Counted from the stretch's first letter, positions 41,061-51,588 are shown. The stretch: 64,000 bases of DNA from a virus (IMGVR_UViG_3300010165_000001:32001-96000); one strand, 5' to 3'. Notes: a model not told the origin generated them from the letters alone. Numbers and translations are program-made.

Positions 41061-42971
41061 TTAATCCTCCAGTCTTGATATTCCTTCTTCTTTTATTACT
41101 TTAATTGTATTATCAAACAAACTCTTAAGATTTTCATTATGAGTAATGACAAATATTGTACTTACAATATTCAATCTATCTTTAAGTAGTTTAATAACAT
41201 TCTCACAACCTATTGCATCTAAACCATCAAATACTTCATCATAGAGTGCAATATTTGTTGATATTTCTTCCTTACTCATTATTAAGTCCTGTATTGCAAA
41301 GCTTATAGCAATATCAATTCGTTTTTGTTCTCCTGCTGAGTTAGACTTGTAAGAACTTCCACCTTTACTATTATTAACAATAACATCAAACTTATCTTTA
41401 AGTTCTCCTTTAGCATTTTCTACTTGTGTTTGGAATTCTATTTCTATTCCTGAACCTGATAAAGTTTGTAAATATTCATTTGCTTTTTCATTTAAGAAAG
41501 GTGTAATGAAGTCTAAGACTACAGAACGAATACCTTTATTACTAAAAGCATTAACTGCTTGGTTATATCTTTGTTTCTTACTTTCTAATTGTACTATATC
41601 TTCCTTATAGTTGTCAATAGTTTTTTCTAATTCTTTTATTTCTTTTTGATGTTCTTCTTGATTAGGTTCCTTAATATAGGAATAATCATTTGCTTGAGGT
41701 ACTTGTAATCGATTCATTTCTCTTTCTAATTGAGAAATTTTATCATAGTATTGCTGTTGGTTTTGTAGTTTTTCTCTATTCTCTTTTTCGAGTTGTTCTT
41801 TTTGTTGTTCTTCCTGAACCTGTAATTGTCTCAATTCATCTATCTTATCCTTAACAGTTATTATTTTCTCTGCATACTGATTTATTTGTTTTTGCAATTC
41901 TTCTTCTTGTTTCTCTTGACTAGATATTGTCTCATTCATCTTTTCTTGCTCTTTTATCTTATGAGAGTTATCTATAGGTGAACCACATACTGGACAAGTA
42001 TCACTTGTATCTAATTTCTCTAAGTTATCTTTAGTCATAACAGTATTAAAATGTATTGCTTTTTGCAATTCTATTAAATCATCTTGTTCAGGTTCAAGTG
42101 TTTCTTTGAGAGCTTTATTTAGTTTATCTATACCTTCAGAACAAAGGTTGTATTGGTCTGTGAAGATATATTCTTCAGTATGAACTTTTGGTATCTGTTC
42201 CTTTACTTTTTCTATAGTTTCACTGTATCTTTGTCTCTCTTGAGTTATAATATTTGTTTGTTCTTCAATATATTTTTGTTCTTCTTCTTGTTTCTTTTTA
42301 ACTTCTTGATATTGTGCTAAGTCTTTTTGGAATTGTTGTTCAGTTAATTCTTTTTTATAACCTACTTTTTCAATTTCTTGTTCTAGGTTGTTTTGTTTTT
42401 CTTCTACTTCTTTATATTTCTCTTTAGCTACTTCTTGAGCTTCTTTATAAATATCTGTTTTAGTAATAGATTCTAAAATTTCCTTTTTACCTTTGTCAGT
42501 GGCTTGAGAAAACATAGGAATATCCCCTTGACCATATATGATAGAGTTAAGGTAAGTATTAAAGTCAATTCCAAACAATTCTTGTATTTGTTTATCTGTC
42601 ACATCATTTGTAGAACCTGTAATATCTTTATCGTTTAGGAATAGTTTAACTTTATTCTTATTTTCTTTATCTTTACGGTATCTTTCAATATGATAATGGT
42701 CTTCTCCAATATCAAAGTAAAGTTTAACATATGTGTTTTTACCTATCTTATTATTTACAACATCATCTGCTTTTAAACCTTTTTCTGTTTTACCATAAAG
42801 AGCATAAGTAATAGAAGATACTAAAGATGATTTACTAGACCCATTAGATTGAAAGGATTCATTTGTTTTATTCTCACCTTCTATTAGTATTAATCCTCTA
42901 TTATCTAATTCTAAATTAGCTTCCTTAATTGCCATGAAGTTTTGCATCTCAACTTTTTTAAATCGAACCAT
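41061..42971 (-). CDS. Rad50/SbcC-like ATPase (636 aa)
   Basis: N-terminal P-loop region, a long coiled coil with a CPVCGS zinc hook, and C-terminal LYDEVFDGLD (Walker B). Confidence 0.8.
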   Translation of the reverse strand: MVRFKKVEMQNFMAIKEANLELDNRGLILIEGENKTNESFQSNGSSKSSLVSSITYALYGKTEKGLKADDVVNNKIGKNTYVKLYFDIGEDHYHIERYRKDKENKNKVKLFLNDKDITGSTNDVTDKQIQELFGIDFNTYLNSIIYGQGDIPMFSQATDKGKKEILESITKTDIYKEAQEVAKEKYKEVEEKQNNLEQEIEKVGYKKELTEQQFQKDLAQYQEVKKKQEEEQKYIEEQTNIITQERQRYSETIEKVKEQIPKVHTEEYIFTDQYNLCSEGIDKLNKALKETLEPEQDDLIELQKAIHFNTVMTKDNLEKLDTSDTCPVCGSPIDNSHKIKEQEKMNETISSQEKQEEELQKQINQYAEKIITVKDKIDELRQLQVQEEQQKEQLEKENREKLQNQQQYYDKISQLEREMNRLQVPQANDYSYIKEPNQEEHQKEIKELEKTIDNYKEDIVQLESKKQRYNQAVNAFSNKGIRSVVLDFITPFLNEKANEYLQTLSGSGIEIEFQTQVENAKGELKDKFDVIVNNSKGGSSYKSNSAGEQKRIDIAISFAIQDLIMSKEEISTNIALYDEVFDGLDAIGCENVIKLLKDRLNIVSTIFVITHNENLKSLFDNTIKVIKEEGISRLED

Positions 42972-43333
42972 TATAGAACCTCCTTAGTCACAATAAAGAA
43001 ACATCGGTGAGAACCATAATCAATTTTATAGTAATCATCATATTCTATAATTCTATTGTAATAGTTTTTCTCAAAACCACTATCTTTGAAAATCTTTTTC
43101 ATTTTATTCATTCCATCTTCTAAATCTATAACATTACATATATTTACTCTACTTCCGTCTGATTCTTCAAATTGTAAGATAGACTTATTTAAGAATAAGT
43201 CTTCTTGATATACATTTCTAATATCTAAATAATTCGTTTTAGGTCTTGTATTTTCTACATAGTCAATTAAGTCTTGAGTTAAATCATCTTTATCCAATTT
43301 ATATTCTTCTAAACCATTAATATATTTTTTCAT
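42971..43333 (-). CDS. hypothetical protein (120 aa)
   Basis: ATGA-coupled between the Mre11-like and Rad50-like genes. Confidence 0.7.
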   Translation of the reverse strand: MKKYINGLEEYKLDKDDLTQDLIDYVENTRPKTNYLDIRNVYQEDLFLNKSILQFEESDGSRVNICNVIDLEDGMNKMKKIFKDSGFEKNYYNRIIEYDDYYKIDYGSHRCFFIVTKEVL

Positions 43334-44358
43334 TATAGAACCTCCTTAAGACATTCTATTATTTCTTTCTTAGCTTCTGGTGTGAATTGTTTAGCATATG
43401 CTTCTGCAATTGTTAATGGGTCATCTGATACATCACTATCAATACGTTTTTCTACGGTATACTCTTTTTTAACTTGAACTTCAATATTATCTTCTTGTTC
43501 TTTATTTAAATTAATTTGTTTAGCTTGTTCAGGTGTCCCTATAAAACGAATAAAGTTTCCTTTTTCTACAAGCTCATCAATATTATCAGGAACATTATCT
43601 CCTTGTATTGTAATGAACTTACGTGTATCTAAAGGTATGAATTCAGTAGTTAATTTATCTGTATCTATTAAGTGTACCCCATTAGACTCTTGTTCATCTG
43701 AGAAGGATTGTTGTAATAAAGAACCCCCATAAAAATGATTAGGATTAGTGAAATACTGTCTTCTATGATAGTGACCTAATAGAATAAAAGCATAGTTGTC
43801 AGGTAATAAATCTTGATAACCAAATGCACCTTCAAGTCTGTGTGAACCCTTACCTGTCAGAGAACCCTCTACACCTAAGTGTCCTACTAGAATATTTACT
43901 TTACCTTCTTGGTAGCTATCTTTAATAAATTCTTTAATCTCTTCTGTCTCATCCCCATAAGCACACATCGTTAACTGTACCTTTGAGCTTAAAGGCTCAC
44001 TTCTTAATGTTTTAGCTACTTCTACATTAGGTAAAGTTTCAAATATATCTATACTTGAATCAGTGTATAGTGAGTTACTTACAGCATCATGATTACCTCT
44101 AACCATATAAACTTTAATGTCTTGATTATTAGCAAATATTTCAAAGACCTTGTTATACACTCTAGTATCTACTGAATTACGTTTGTGGAACAAATCTCCT
44201 CCAAATATAACTTTAGCTTTTTCTTCTCTAGCAATATTAAACACTTTCTGTAATGCCTCTATTTGCTCTTTAAATCTATCATTTACATAATATTCATCAG
44301 GTTTTGCATAGTTTGTAAATAAATGAAAATGACTATCAGTAAAAAATATAAATTTCAT
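43333..44358 (-). CDS. Mre11/SbcD-like nuclease (341 aa)
   Basis: FFTDSHFH, GGDLFH, RGNHD, VGHLGVEGS and LLGHYHRRQ. Confidence 0.85.
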   Translation of the reverse strand: MKFIFFTDSHFHLFTNYAKPDEYYVNDRFKEQIEALQKVFNIAREEKAKVIFGGDLFHKRNSVDTRVYNKVFEIFANNQDIKVYMVRGNHDAVSNSLYTDSSIDIFETLPNVEVAKTLRSEPLSSKVQLTMCAYGDETEEIKEFIKDSYQEGKVNILVGHLGVEGSLTGKGSHRLEGAFGYQDLLPDNYAFILLGHYHRRQYFTNPNHFYGGSLLQQSFSDEQESNGVHLIDTDKLTTEFIPLDTRKFITIQGDNVPDNIDELVEKGNFIRFIGTPEQAKQINLNKEQEDNIEVQVKKEYTVEKRIDSDVSDDPLTIAEAYAKQFTPEAKKEIIECLKEVL

Positions 44359-44639
44359 TATTTATCCTCCAAATCCTCTTCAACAAGTTTGTGTATATGT
44401 TTTTCTAGTTCGTCAGATGAAGTATCTACATCATTTACATAAGTAGTTATTTTATTATTGTTATCTGTTAAAATAATTGTATTTGGTTTATATTCAAGCT
44501 CAAACACTCTATCTTCTGGACTTGCTACTTCAATTGTCATCCCTTTAGTTTCTGACTCACTTGTTAGAAATACTACATATCCTTCTGGTTTACTTCTATT
44601 AAAAAATCTAAAGTTAATTATTGGGTCAAAATTTCTCAT
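44358..44639 (-). CDS. hypothetical protein (93 aa)
   Basis: The ATG at 44639 lies 7 nt after AAAGGAGAG. The longer track start lies upstream of the predicted transcription start. Confidence 0.65.
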   Translation of the reverse strand: MRNFDPIINFRFFNRSKPEGYVVFLTSESETKGMTIEVASPEDRVFELEYKPNTIILTDNNNKITTYVNDVDTSSDELEKHIHKLVEEDLEDK

Positions 44640-44671
44640 TATAAATCTCTCCTTTTTTTGTTTGTAAACCA

Positions 44672-44700
44672 AGTATACTATAATACTTGGTCATTGTCAA
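44672..44700 (-). promoter_or_regulatory. sigma-A promoter overlapping a hairpin
   Basis: TTGACA (44700..44695), 17 nt, TATACT (44677..44672). Confidence 0.75.
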
Positions 44701-45016
44701 TATTTAAATACATTGTGCATACAATTGTTTCTGAACTGTTATTTAGTTTTTCTTCCAAATGGAATATCCCCATTTCATCTAGTACTCTAGGTACAAAGTG
44801 TGCATATTCCCATCCTTCTGTATACCATGTATCAACAAAGTCTTCTCCTTTTTTAATACCTTCTAATACTTTAATTGTCATTTCTAGTTTTATTAGATTA
44901 TATTCATCCTCGTCACCTTTTTGTTCATCTAAAACAATATCAATTGCACCTTCTAATGTTTCTATTAGACTTTCAATACTTTCCTCTGATAATTCTTTTA
45001 TGTAATTAATATTCAT
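44678..45016 (-). CDS. hypothetical acidic protein (112 aa)
   Basis: The ATG at 45016 lies 7 nt after AAAGGAGAGG. The track start at 45046 sits inside the -10 box. Confidence 0.65.
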   Translation of the reverse strand: MNINYIKELSEESIESLIETLEGAIDIVLDEQKGDEDEYNLIKLEMTIKVLEGIKKGEDFVDTWYTEGWEYAHFVPRVLDEMGIFHLEEKLNNSSETIVCTMYLNIDNDQVL

Positions 45017-45044
45017 ATAAAACCTCTCCTTTATTTGTAATCTC

Positions 45045-45073
45045 ATTATACAATAAAAAACTACCTAAGTCAA
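45045..45073 (-). promoter_or_regulatory. sigma-A promoter nested in a terminator
   Basis: TTGACT (45073..45068, the entire hairpin loop), 17 nt, TATAAT (45050..45045). Confidence 0.8.
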
Positions 45074-45082
45074 TAGGTAGTT
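45054..45082 (-). terminator. rho-independent terminator
   Basis: AACTACCTA-TTGACT-TAGGTAGTT (9 bp), then TTTTTAT. Confidence 0.75.
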
Positions 45083-45086
45083 TAAA

Positions 45087-45359
45087 TTATTTTTCCTTTA
45101 ATTTTATTTCTATAGCTTCTATTACCTCATCTAAAGAATTACAAGGTATTGCAGGTTTTTTATCAGACATAACATTGTATTTATATCCTGAGGGGTTCCC
45201 TTCTTTACCTTGTAGTTTAGCCGACTCATCTAAGTCAATTACTCCTATACTTGTTCCTTTTAAATAAAAAGCTTTAATATTTCCTTTATCTTCCCATGTT
45301 GCTTTATGTCTTGTGAATATACGTCTTGCTTTTTTATAAATCTTTTTAAAATCATCCAA
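45087..45359 (-). CDS. hypothetical protein (90 aa)
   Basis: Overlaps the end of the DnaB-like gene by 8 nt. Confidence 0.65.
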   Translation of the reverse strand: MDDFKKIYKKARRIFTRHKATWEDKGNIKAFYLKGTSIGVIDLDESAKLQGKEGNPSGYKYNVMSDKKPAIPCNSLDEVIEAIEIKLKEK

Positions 45360-46797
45360 TGGACATACCTCCGAATTTATTATTTAAAGCTTCTCTTTTA
45401 TTTTCAGTCTTCTCAAATTTACTGTTATTCGGTTTGCTGTCTGAATCATTAATTAAGGATTTATGTTCAATTAATTCATCTTCAGTCTCATCTCTAATTC
45501 TCATTTTCTCTGGTTCTACTTTCAGATGTACGAATGGGTCTCCTGTTCTTGTACCGTTACGAACTTTATCTAGATAAAGTCTCATAAATCCAGATTTAAA
45601 TTCCTCACTTGTTTGGTTAAGAACTAAAGCTACTTCTACAGTGTTAAGTATTTTCCTAGAACCTTCTACATGTTCACTTGTAATTACTTCTGCACTATAT
45701 GCAGTTCTATTTGTTTGAGCTAGTGTCCAACATACAAAATCATATTTCTGTGCTAGACTTCGTATTTCTTCAAACATCTTACCACCTGACTCACTTATAT
45801 CATAGTATCTATCAAATTGGTTTCTCATAAGTTTAGGATAGTCAATTACAACTACATCTATATTTTTACCTTTTTTAATTGTTGTATCTATAATCAATTG
45901 TTCCAAGTTACCAATTGAAAGTTCATTAGGTTGGTATTTAGCAATATAATAATCACCAAACATATGTCCATCTCTTTTATAAATACTTTGGATACCTTCA
46001 AATAAGTCTTCGTTTAGTTGCATCTCAGAGTTCATTAAAGTCTTCTTATCTATACCAGCAAATTGTTGCTCTGCTCTTAGTACTAATCTGTTTTCTAATT
46101 CCTCTAATGCTACATACAAAACATTAAGTCCTTGCTTAACATAATTTCTTGCTAAGTTAGAAGCAAAGAAAGATTTACCTTTACCTGTAGGTGCAATGAA
46201 TACTCCAACTTCCCCTCTTGCAATCCCACCTTCAATTTCTCTATCTAAAGCATGATATCCTGTAGAGAATTTATTTTGATTGATTGTATTTAAGAGTTCA
46301 CGTTTTTTATCTACATCATTAAAGAAGTCAATAAAAGAACCATTTGTTCCTGCTATATCTTTAATGTCTATTTGTTTTAACTCATCTATAAGTTCATTCA
46401 AGTTCTCTGAATCTTCTTGTTTGTTTTCAGATAAGAATTTAGCTAGAGCATTTTTAGATAATTCTGTTTTAACATATCTCTCTATCTCTTTATTTAATCC
46501 TTTATCTTGACTATCTACCTCAACATTATATAATTCATCTAAATATTGAATTGTTTGTGTTACTTCTTCAGGGTCTTTTTTACTTCTATCTAATAGTTCT
46601 TCAATCTTAGCTGATAATGCTTGCTGAGATAATGGTTCAGAGTTAGTCACAGCATTTCTTTTAAGAACTGTAAATATTGTACTCATATTATCATTATCTG
46701 TAAATAACTTACCAGGTAAAGTTGTAAGAACATCCTTCGCAAACCCAATATCTTTAATAGATTTACTTAAGATAGAATCTTTAATCGTTTTACTCAT
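45352..46797 (-). CDS. DnaB-like replicative helicase (481 aa)
   Basis: GVFIAPTGKGKSFFASNLA (Walker A), VVVIDYPKLM (Walker B) and a RecA-like core with an N-terminal helical domain. Confidence 0.8.
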   Translation of the reverse strand: MSKTIKDSILSKSIKDIGFAKDVLTTLPGKLFTDNDNMSTIFTVLKRNAVTNSEPLSQQALSAKIEELLDRSKKDPEEVTQTIQYLDELYNVEVDSQDKGLNKEIERYVKTELSKNALAKFLSENKQEDSENLNELIDELKQIDIKDIAGTNGSFIDFFNDVDKKRELLNTINQNKFSTGYHALDREIEGGIARGEVGVFIAPTGKGKSFFASNLARNYVKQGLNVLYVALEELENRLVLRAEQQFAGIDKKTLMNSEMQLNEDLFEGIQSIYKRDGHMFGDYYIAKYQPNELSIGNLEQLIIDTTIKKGKNIDVVVIDYPKLMRNQFDRYYDISESGGKMFEEIRSLAQKYDFVCWTLAQTNRTAYSAEVITSEHVEGSRKILNTVEVALVLNQTSEEFKSGFMRLYLDKVRNGTRTGDPFVHLKVEPEKMRIRDETEDELIEHKSLINDSDSKPNNSKFEKTENKREALNNKFGGMSIG

Positions 46798-46812
46798 CTT
46801 AGTACTCCTTTC

Positions 46813-48357
46813 CTATATATTTAACATACCATATTTTGTGAATGGAATCAAATGTTTTTTATTATATTTTTCTAGTATGTGTTTTATATCTCTCATATCT
46901 ATGTCTAACCCTGTGTAGTAACCAAACATTCTTAAAGTATTATAGTCTATAATATCATTATAAGCATTTACAAAGTCTGCTCCTAATCGTATATCTGCTT
47001 CAGTATCAGTCAAACCTTCAATCTCTAAGACGTTGTTATTAAGAGGTCGGATTAACCCTATCCTTCTTAGATGTGCTACAGATAAAACTCTAGTTTGTTC
47101 TGAAAGAATTAAATCAATTAAATACATTCTTTGTAGAGGGAACATAGATAATCTATAAGTATTAGTAATTGTTTTAGGTGCATAACTATCTATAATTAGT
47201 AGCTTAACAAACCTATCTATCTTTTCTTTGTCCTCTTGTTCAAATTGTTTTATTTCTTCTTTGAACGTTTGGTAATAATTAAGTAAGTGTTGTTGTTTCT
47301 GCTCGATTAATCCTATTTGATAATCTTCTAAATCCATAGCTACATTAAATACTGTATTAATATCATAAGTTAAATGATGATAGTCTTTAATTAATAATAG
47401 CTTTAATTGTTGTAAGATTGTATCTTCATTATATTCAACTTCACTATTCATTCGTTGTGTGTAGTTAGTGAGTTGTCTATTATCACTATTCATACGATTT
47501 CTAATTGCATCCAGATATTTATAATAATTATCTATCTTTCTTTGTTCTGTAAACTCTACAGGTTGAGGTACAGGTTTATCTTCTTTACCTTGCTCAAACA
47601 TAAAACTATGTGTACTAAATACATTTATCATAAATTTAATTATATCTATTTCATAAGATAGATGATACAGGTATAGGAAATAACCATAAGTTGTGTTACC
47701 AAAGAAATCATCATTAAGAGTTTGTTGTCTTTCGTACTTAACAACTTGTTCTGCATAATAATTAGATTTAGCTTCTAAAGAAGAAATGTATTCTGGATAT
47801 TCATTATTCTTAATTGCTTTCTCTGTTTGTTCTTTAAACTTTCTTTTTCTAACCTTTAAATGTATTGTACAAAGCTTATCATATATTTTTGAAAGTATAT
47901 AAGTCTTAAAATGTTTCTCTGGGTCTGAGGATACTTCAAAGACTTCTTTGGTTGGAAATCTACTATATCTCATTCTAAAGTTCATTTCTTGAATTATTTT
48001 TCTTTCCTCATCTTTAATCGAATCAAAGACAACTTGTTCTTTAGGTGTTCTCTTATTCTCTTTTCTGTAAAATACCCTAGACCTCAAGTCTTTTGCATAA
48101 TCACTATCAGATTCTATAATATTTTCGTTAGTATTGAGAAAATCTTGAAGGTCTACTTCTGTATTAATAATAATATCTAAACCTTGTTTCTTCTTTTCTA
48201 CTTTAATTTTATTCTCTTCTTCTAGTTGTTTTAGTCTACTATTTAATATAGGTATAGAGATACTTAATTTTTCAGCTAGTAATTTCTTAGTTCTTATATT
48301 AAATAATCTTTGCTTACTGTTTTCTTTTAAATATTTAAGTACTTCTTGCTTATCCAC
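46813..48357 (-). CDS. replication-associated protein with N-terminal wHTH (514 aa)
   Basis: LLAEKLSISIPILNSRLKQLEEENKI is an HTH. Its position between two helicase genes matches the Rep-like gene of Twort-like phages. Confidence 0.45.
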   Translation of the reverse strand: MDKQEVLKYLKENSKQRLFNIRTKKLLAEKLSISIPILNSRLKQLEEENKIKVEKKKQGLDIIINTEVDLQDFLNTNENIIESDSDYAKDLRSRVFYRKENKRTPKEQVVFDSIKDEERKIIQEMNFRMRYSRFPTKEVFEVSSDPEKHFKTYILSKIYDKLCTIHLKVRKRKFKEQTEKAIKNNEYPEYISSLEAKSNYYAEQVVKYERQQTLNDDFFGNTTYGYFLYLYHLSYEIDIIKFMINVFSTHSFMFEQGKEDKPVPQPVEFTEQRKIDNYYKYLDAIRNRMNSDNRQLTNYTQRMNSEVEYNEDTILQQLKLLLIKDYHHLTYDINTVFNVAMDLEDYQIGLIEQKQQHLLNYYQTFKEEIKQFEQEDKEKIDRFVKLLIIDSYAPKTITNTYRLSMFPLQRMYLIDLILSEQTRVLSVAHLRRIGLIRPLNNNVLEIEGLTDTEADIRLGADFVNAYNDIIDYNTLRMFGYYTGLDIDMRDIKHILEKYNKKHLIPFTKYGMLNI

Positions 48358-48373
48358 ATTAACCCACCACTTT

Positions 48374-50119
48374 CTATTTTATTTCTCTTACTTCAAAGTT
48401 TTCGTTATCATAAATACTTCTTCTCTCTAAATAATGTTTATAGAGGAATTTGTTTGTCATGTCTATAAAATCGTATATCTGTGTTGTATTATCTTCTTCT
48501 TTACGTCTTAAAGCACGACCTATTCTTTGTAATACTTGCCTTAAGGACTTTCCTCCTGCTGCAATAATTAAAGTATTAATTCCAGAAATATCCACACCTT
48601 CATCTATAAGTGAAGTAGCAATAAGAACTTTAAGTTTACCTGACTTCATATCAGATAAATACTGTTTACGTTTATCTGTTTCTAAATCACCGTAAATAAA
48701 TTCATGAGGAATATCATAACTTTCTAGTAATTCCGATATATTATTACCATGTTGTAAGAAATTAACAATAATTAAAATACCTTTATTATCATAATAACAC
48801 TTTTCTGTTATTTTTGCAACTAATGTATTTCTAAATTCATTATTCACAATACCTTTATCATATGCTACTTGGTATTGATTTTCTTCCTCTAAGTCAGTTG
48901 GGTTAGCTATAGGTATTGAATTGATTGTTGGTCTAGCTGATATTCCTCTTTCTATTAGATAATCATTAGATACTTTAATAAGTATTTCTCCACATAATGC
49001 TTTTAGTCTCTGTACTGTTAGAGGGTCACTGTGGTCAATAGAACCTGTCAGTCCTATTTTGTATAGAGCATTTTCACATTGTAATAAACTTGTATACCAA
49101 GTATCAGATTTAGCATGATGGAACTCATCACCAATGAAACATACAATACTCTGTAAGAAGTCTTTCATCTTGTAGTACTTATCATACTTCTTTTCATTTT
49201 TCTTTCTAAGGATTTCTTGGTACTTAACATTATACGTATTTAATTTCATCATTAATTCTGAATCTGATTTGTGGTCTTGATATATTTTAGTTAGTTCTTC
49301 TTTAAATGCTTGGTCTGCTTTTGTTTTAACTTTCATTTGTTCTAATATTAAGAATAACATTGTTCTCTTGTTAGGTGTTGTAGATAGTTTAGGTAATACC
49401 TGTAAAGCAACCTTCTTATAAATCATTTGTTTCTGGGTTAAAGTTACACCCTCACTTGGGTCTTTAAGATTTGCATTAACTGTAGGTATCATTACCACAT
49501 TTACTTGTTTTATATCAAATGAACCTGCACCTATTTTACCTATAGGAATATTTAGCCTTTCTTTCATTCTGTCTGCTGTTTGATGGAATATTTCTTTACT
49601 GTGTGTGAAGAAAGCAATCGTTTCTCCTTTTTCTAAGTAAGGTAGAAGTTCTTGTATAATTCCTGCTGCTATCTCACTTTTCCCTGCATTAGTGGCTGCA
49701 TTTAATATGCCATTATACTTAACTAGGGATTCTTCTACACCTTCTTGTTGATAGTCTCTTAGTGTAATTGTTCCTATCTTGTTATCTAATAACTTTATTT
49801 CTTTAGTTATATCTTCTGGTTCTAAGAAAGCTTCACTTCTTTCATCCACAACATCAAATTGGAATGTATATCTATTCTGTAAATCGTATAATAATTCCTT
49901 TACTTGTTCTAAGAGACCACTAGGAAATCTATCTTTATCGAATTCATAGAAGTCTGTATATCCATCCCATTTCTTAAGTTTAAATGCTTTAACAAACTGA
50001 TAACCTTGTGCTCTTACGCCTATATGTGTATGAACCCTTTTTCTAAAAACCTCCCTTAACGTTTCTTCATTACCACCAAACTCCACGTAAGTATAAATAT
50101 TTTGTAAATATAATTTCAT
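48374..50119 (-). CDS. SF2 (DEAH/DExH) helicase (581 aa)
   Basis: ATNAGKSEIAAG (motif I), FIGDEFHHA (motif II), LTGS (motif III) and QRIGRALRR (motif VI). The ATG lies 5 nt after AAAGGAGAA. Confidence 0.85.
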   Translation of the reverse strand: MKLYLQNIYTYVEFGGNEETLREVFRKRVHTHIGVRAQGYQFVKAFKLKKWDGYTDFYEFDKDRFPSGLLEQVKELLYDLQNRYTFQFDVVDERSEAFLEPEDITKEIKLLDNKIGTITLRDYQQEGVEESLVKYNGILNAATNAGKSEIAAGIIQELLPYLEKGETIAFFTHSKEIFHQTADRMKERLNIPIGKIGAGSFDIKQVNVVMIPTVNANLKDPSEGVTLTQKQMIYKKVALQVLPKLSTTPNKRTMLFLILEQMKVKTKADQAFKEELTKIYQDHKSDSELMMKLNTYNVKYQEILRKKNEKKYDKYYKMKDFLQSIVCFIGDEFHHAKSDTWYTSLLQCENALYKIGLTGSIDHSDPLTVQRLKALCGEILIKVSNDYLIERGISARPTINSIPIANPTDLEEENQYQVAYDKGIVNNEFRNTLVAKITEKCYYDNKGILIIVNFLQHGNNISELLESYDIPHEFIYGDLETDKRKQYLSDMKSGKLKVLIATSLIDEGVDISGINTLIIAAGGKSLRQVLQRIGRALRRKEEDNTTQIYDFIDMTNKFLYKHYLERRSIYDNENFEVREIK

Positions 50120-50156
50120 TTGTTCTCCTTTCAATATTCATACCCACCATGTATTT

Positions 50157-50185
50157 ATTATACCATATAAGTTAAATTAAGTCAA
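50157..50185 (-). promoter_or_regulatory. sigma-A promoter (extended -10)
   Basis: TTGACT (50185..50180), 17 nt, TGg-TATAAT (50162..50157). Confidence 0.8.
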
Positions 50186-50215
50186 AAAAAAAGATGCCTT
50201 TATTAAAAGGCATCT
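50184..50215 (-). terminator. rho-independent terminator
   Basis: AGATGCCTT-TTAATA-AAGGCATCT (9 bp), then T9 running into the -35. Confidence 0.8.
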
Positions 50216-51588
50216 ATCATATTATAACCAATGATTCTGGTTACATATTGAGGTTTAGGGTTGTTTATAGCACTATCTTTAAGTTGGAAAGTATCATTTT
50301 TAAATTCCACACCAACTCTGTAGATGTTTTGTTCTGGTGGGCTTTCTCCTCCTACCATAGTTCCAGTTACTGCGTAATAACTTTCCCCGTCTCTGTAGAA
50401 TTTGTGTGCTTTATTTTGAATATAGTCTTTACCTTTAGTAGCTTTATCTGTTCTCATTTTAGTATATATTTCAACATAATCATAATTATTGATTGTATCT
50501 CTCATTGTTTGAGTTTTACCAACTGTAGTGAAACTCAAAGCCCCTTGCCATAAGACGTTTCCACTTGGTGTAGTATTTGGAGTGGTGAAAGTGGAACTAC
50601 TTATAGCTCCTGTAAATAATCGCCCACCATTGGTAATTGCGTAATAAATACCGTAACCACCTTCTGGTGTATCAGAAATTACCATTCCTCGGCTACTATA
50701 CTTACCGGCAGGTGACTTATCTACGCCACCTTGACAATAGAAGGTAAACATTGTTTTACCTGTTTTTAACTTATTTAATACCGCTGTTTCCCAATCAATA
50801 TCATCTGATTTATAAACAAATAAACCAAAGTTTGAATACTCTTTACCTGTCTCTGTAACACCTACATCCCCTAATAAGAGGTTCTGTATTTCACTTGCAT
50901 CTGTTTTATTTGTCTTCCAACCTATTGATGATTGAGATGAAGTTTTATACCCTGTATAGAACATTCCTAATTCATTATTATAATATTCATAGTATTTATT
51001 ATTATTGTTATCTACAAATATTTTAACAACACCTTCAGGATTTTTAATTTCTTCAGGTAAACCAGTACTATTATTTGTTAAGAAATAAGTACCAGGTTCA
51101 GCTGTATTTGATAAGTCTAAAGACTTACTAAAATATCTATTATTAGATAACGCATTAAAGTATACCCACTCTGAGTTACCTTCTTGTGTAATAAACCTAT
51201 AAACAACTTTACCATCTTCTAAGTTTTTACCTAATGTTGTGATTTGCTGAATAACTTCAGCTTCTCTTCTTGTAGGTTTTATTTCTATAATAGAATCACT
51301 TGTAATTAGAGATTTAGGTTTATCTGGTAATGTTGCTAATACAGATGCTGTCACATAATAAGTACCTGCTTGAGTTAAGTCTGACAAGTATCTTATTGTC
51401 TTGCTTAAAGCTAATCCTGTATCTGTTGTTAGTTTGTATCTTTGTGAGTTTCCTAAAGAAGATTTTAAGTCATTAACTTGGGTGAAGATATTGCCTGATT
51501 TAGACAACTCCCCACCTATTTTATTAAGTTCTTCTGTGTATTTAAGGAAGGTATCAGTTTCTGTTATTCTGTTAAATTCTACAGCCAT
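50203..51588 (-). CDS. tail-fibre / receptor-binding-like protein (461 aa)
   Basis: Paralog of 52016..53998 (shared N-terminus MAxEFN.. and C-terminal FTFYCQGG.., LWQG, NNYDYVEIY). Position as in Twort-like phages. Confidence 0.6.
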   Translation of the reverse strand: MAVEFNRITETDTFLKYTEELNKIGGELSKSGNIFTQVNDLKSSLGNSQRYKLTTDTGLALSKTIRYLSDLTQAGTYYVTASVLATLPDKPKSLITSDSIIEIKPTRREAEVIQQITTLGKNLEDGKVVYRFITQEGNSEWVYFNALSNNRYFSKSLDLSNTAEPGTYFLTNNSTGLPEEIKNPEGVVKIFVDNNNNKYYEYYNNELGMFYTGYKTSSQSSIGWKTNKTDASEIQNLLLGDVGVTETGKEYSNFGLFVYKSDDIDWETAVLNKLKTGKTMFTFYCQGGVDKSPAGKYSSRGMVISDTPEGGYGIYYAITNGGRLFTGAISSSTFTTPNTTPSGNVLWQGALSFTTVGKTQTMRDTINNYDYVEIYTKMRTDKATKGKDYIQNKAHKFYRDGESYYAVTGTMVGGESPPEQNIYRVGVEFKNDTFQLKDSAINNPKPQYVTRIIGYNMIDAF

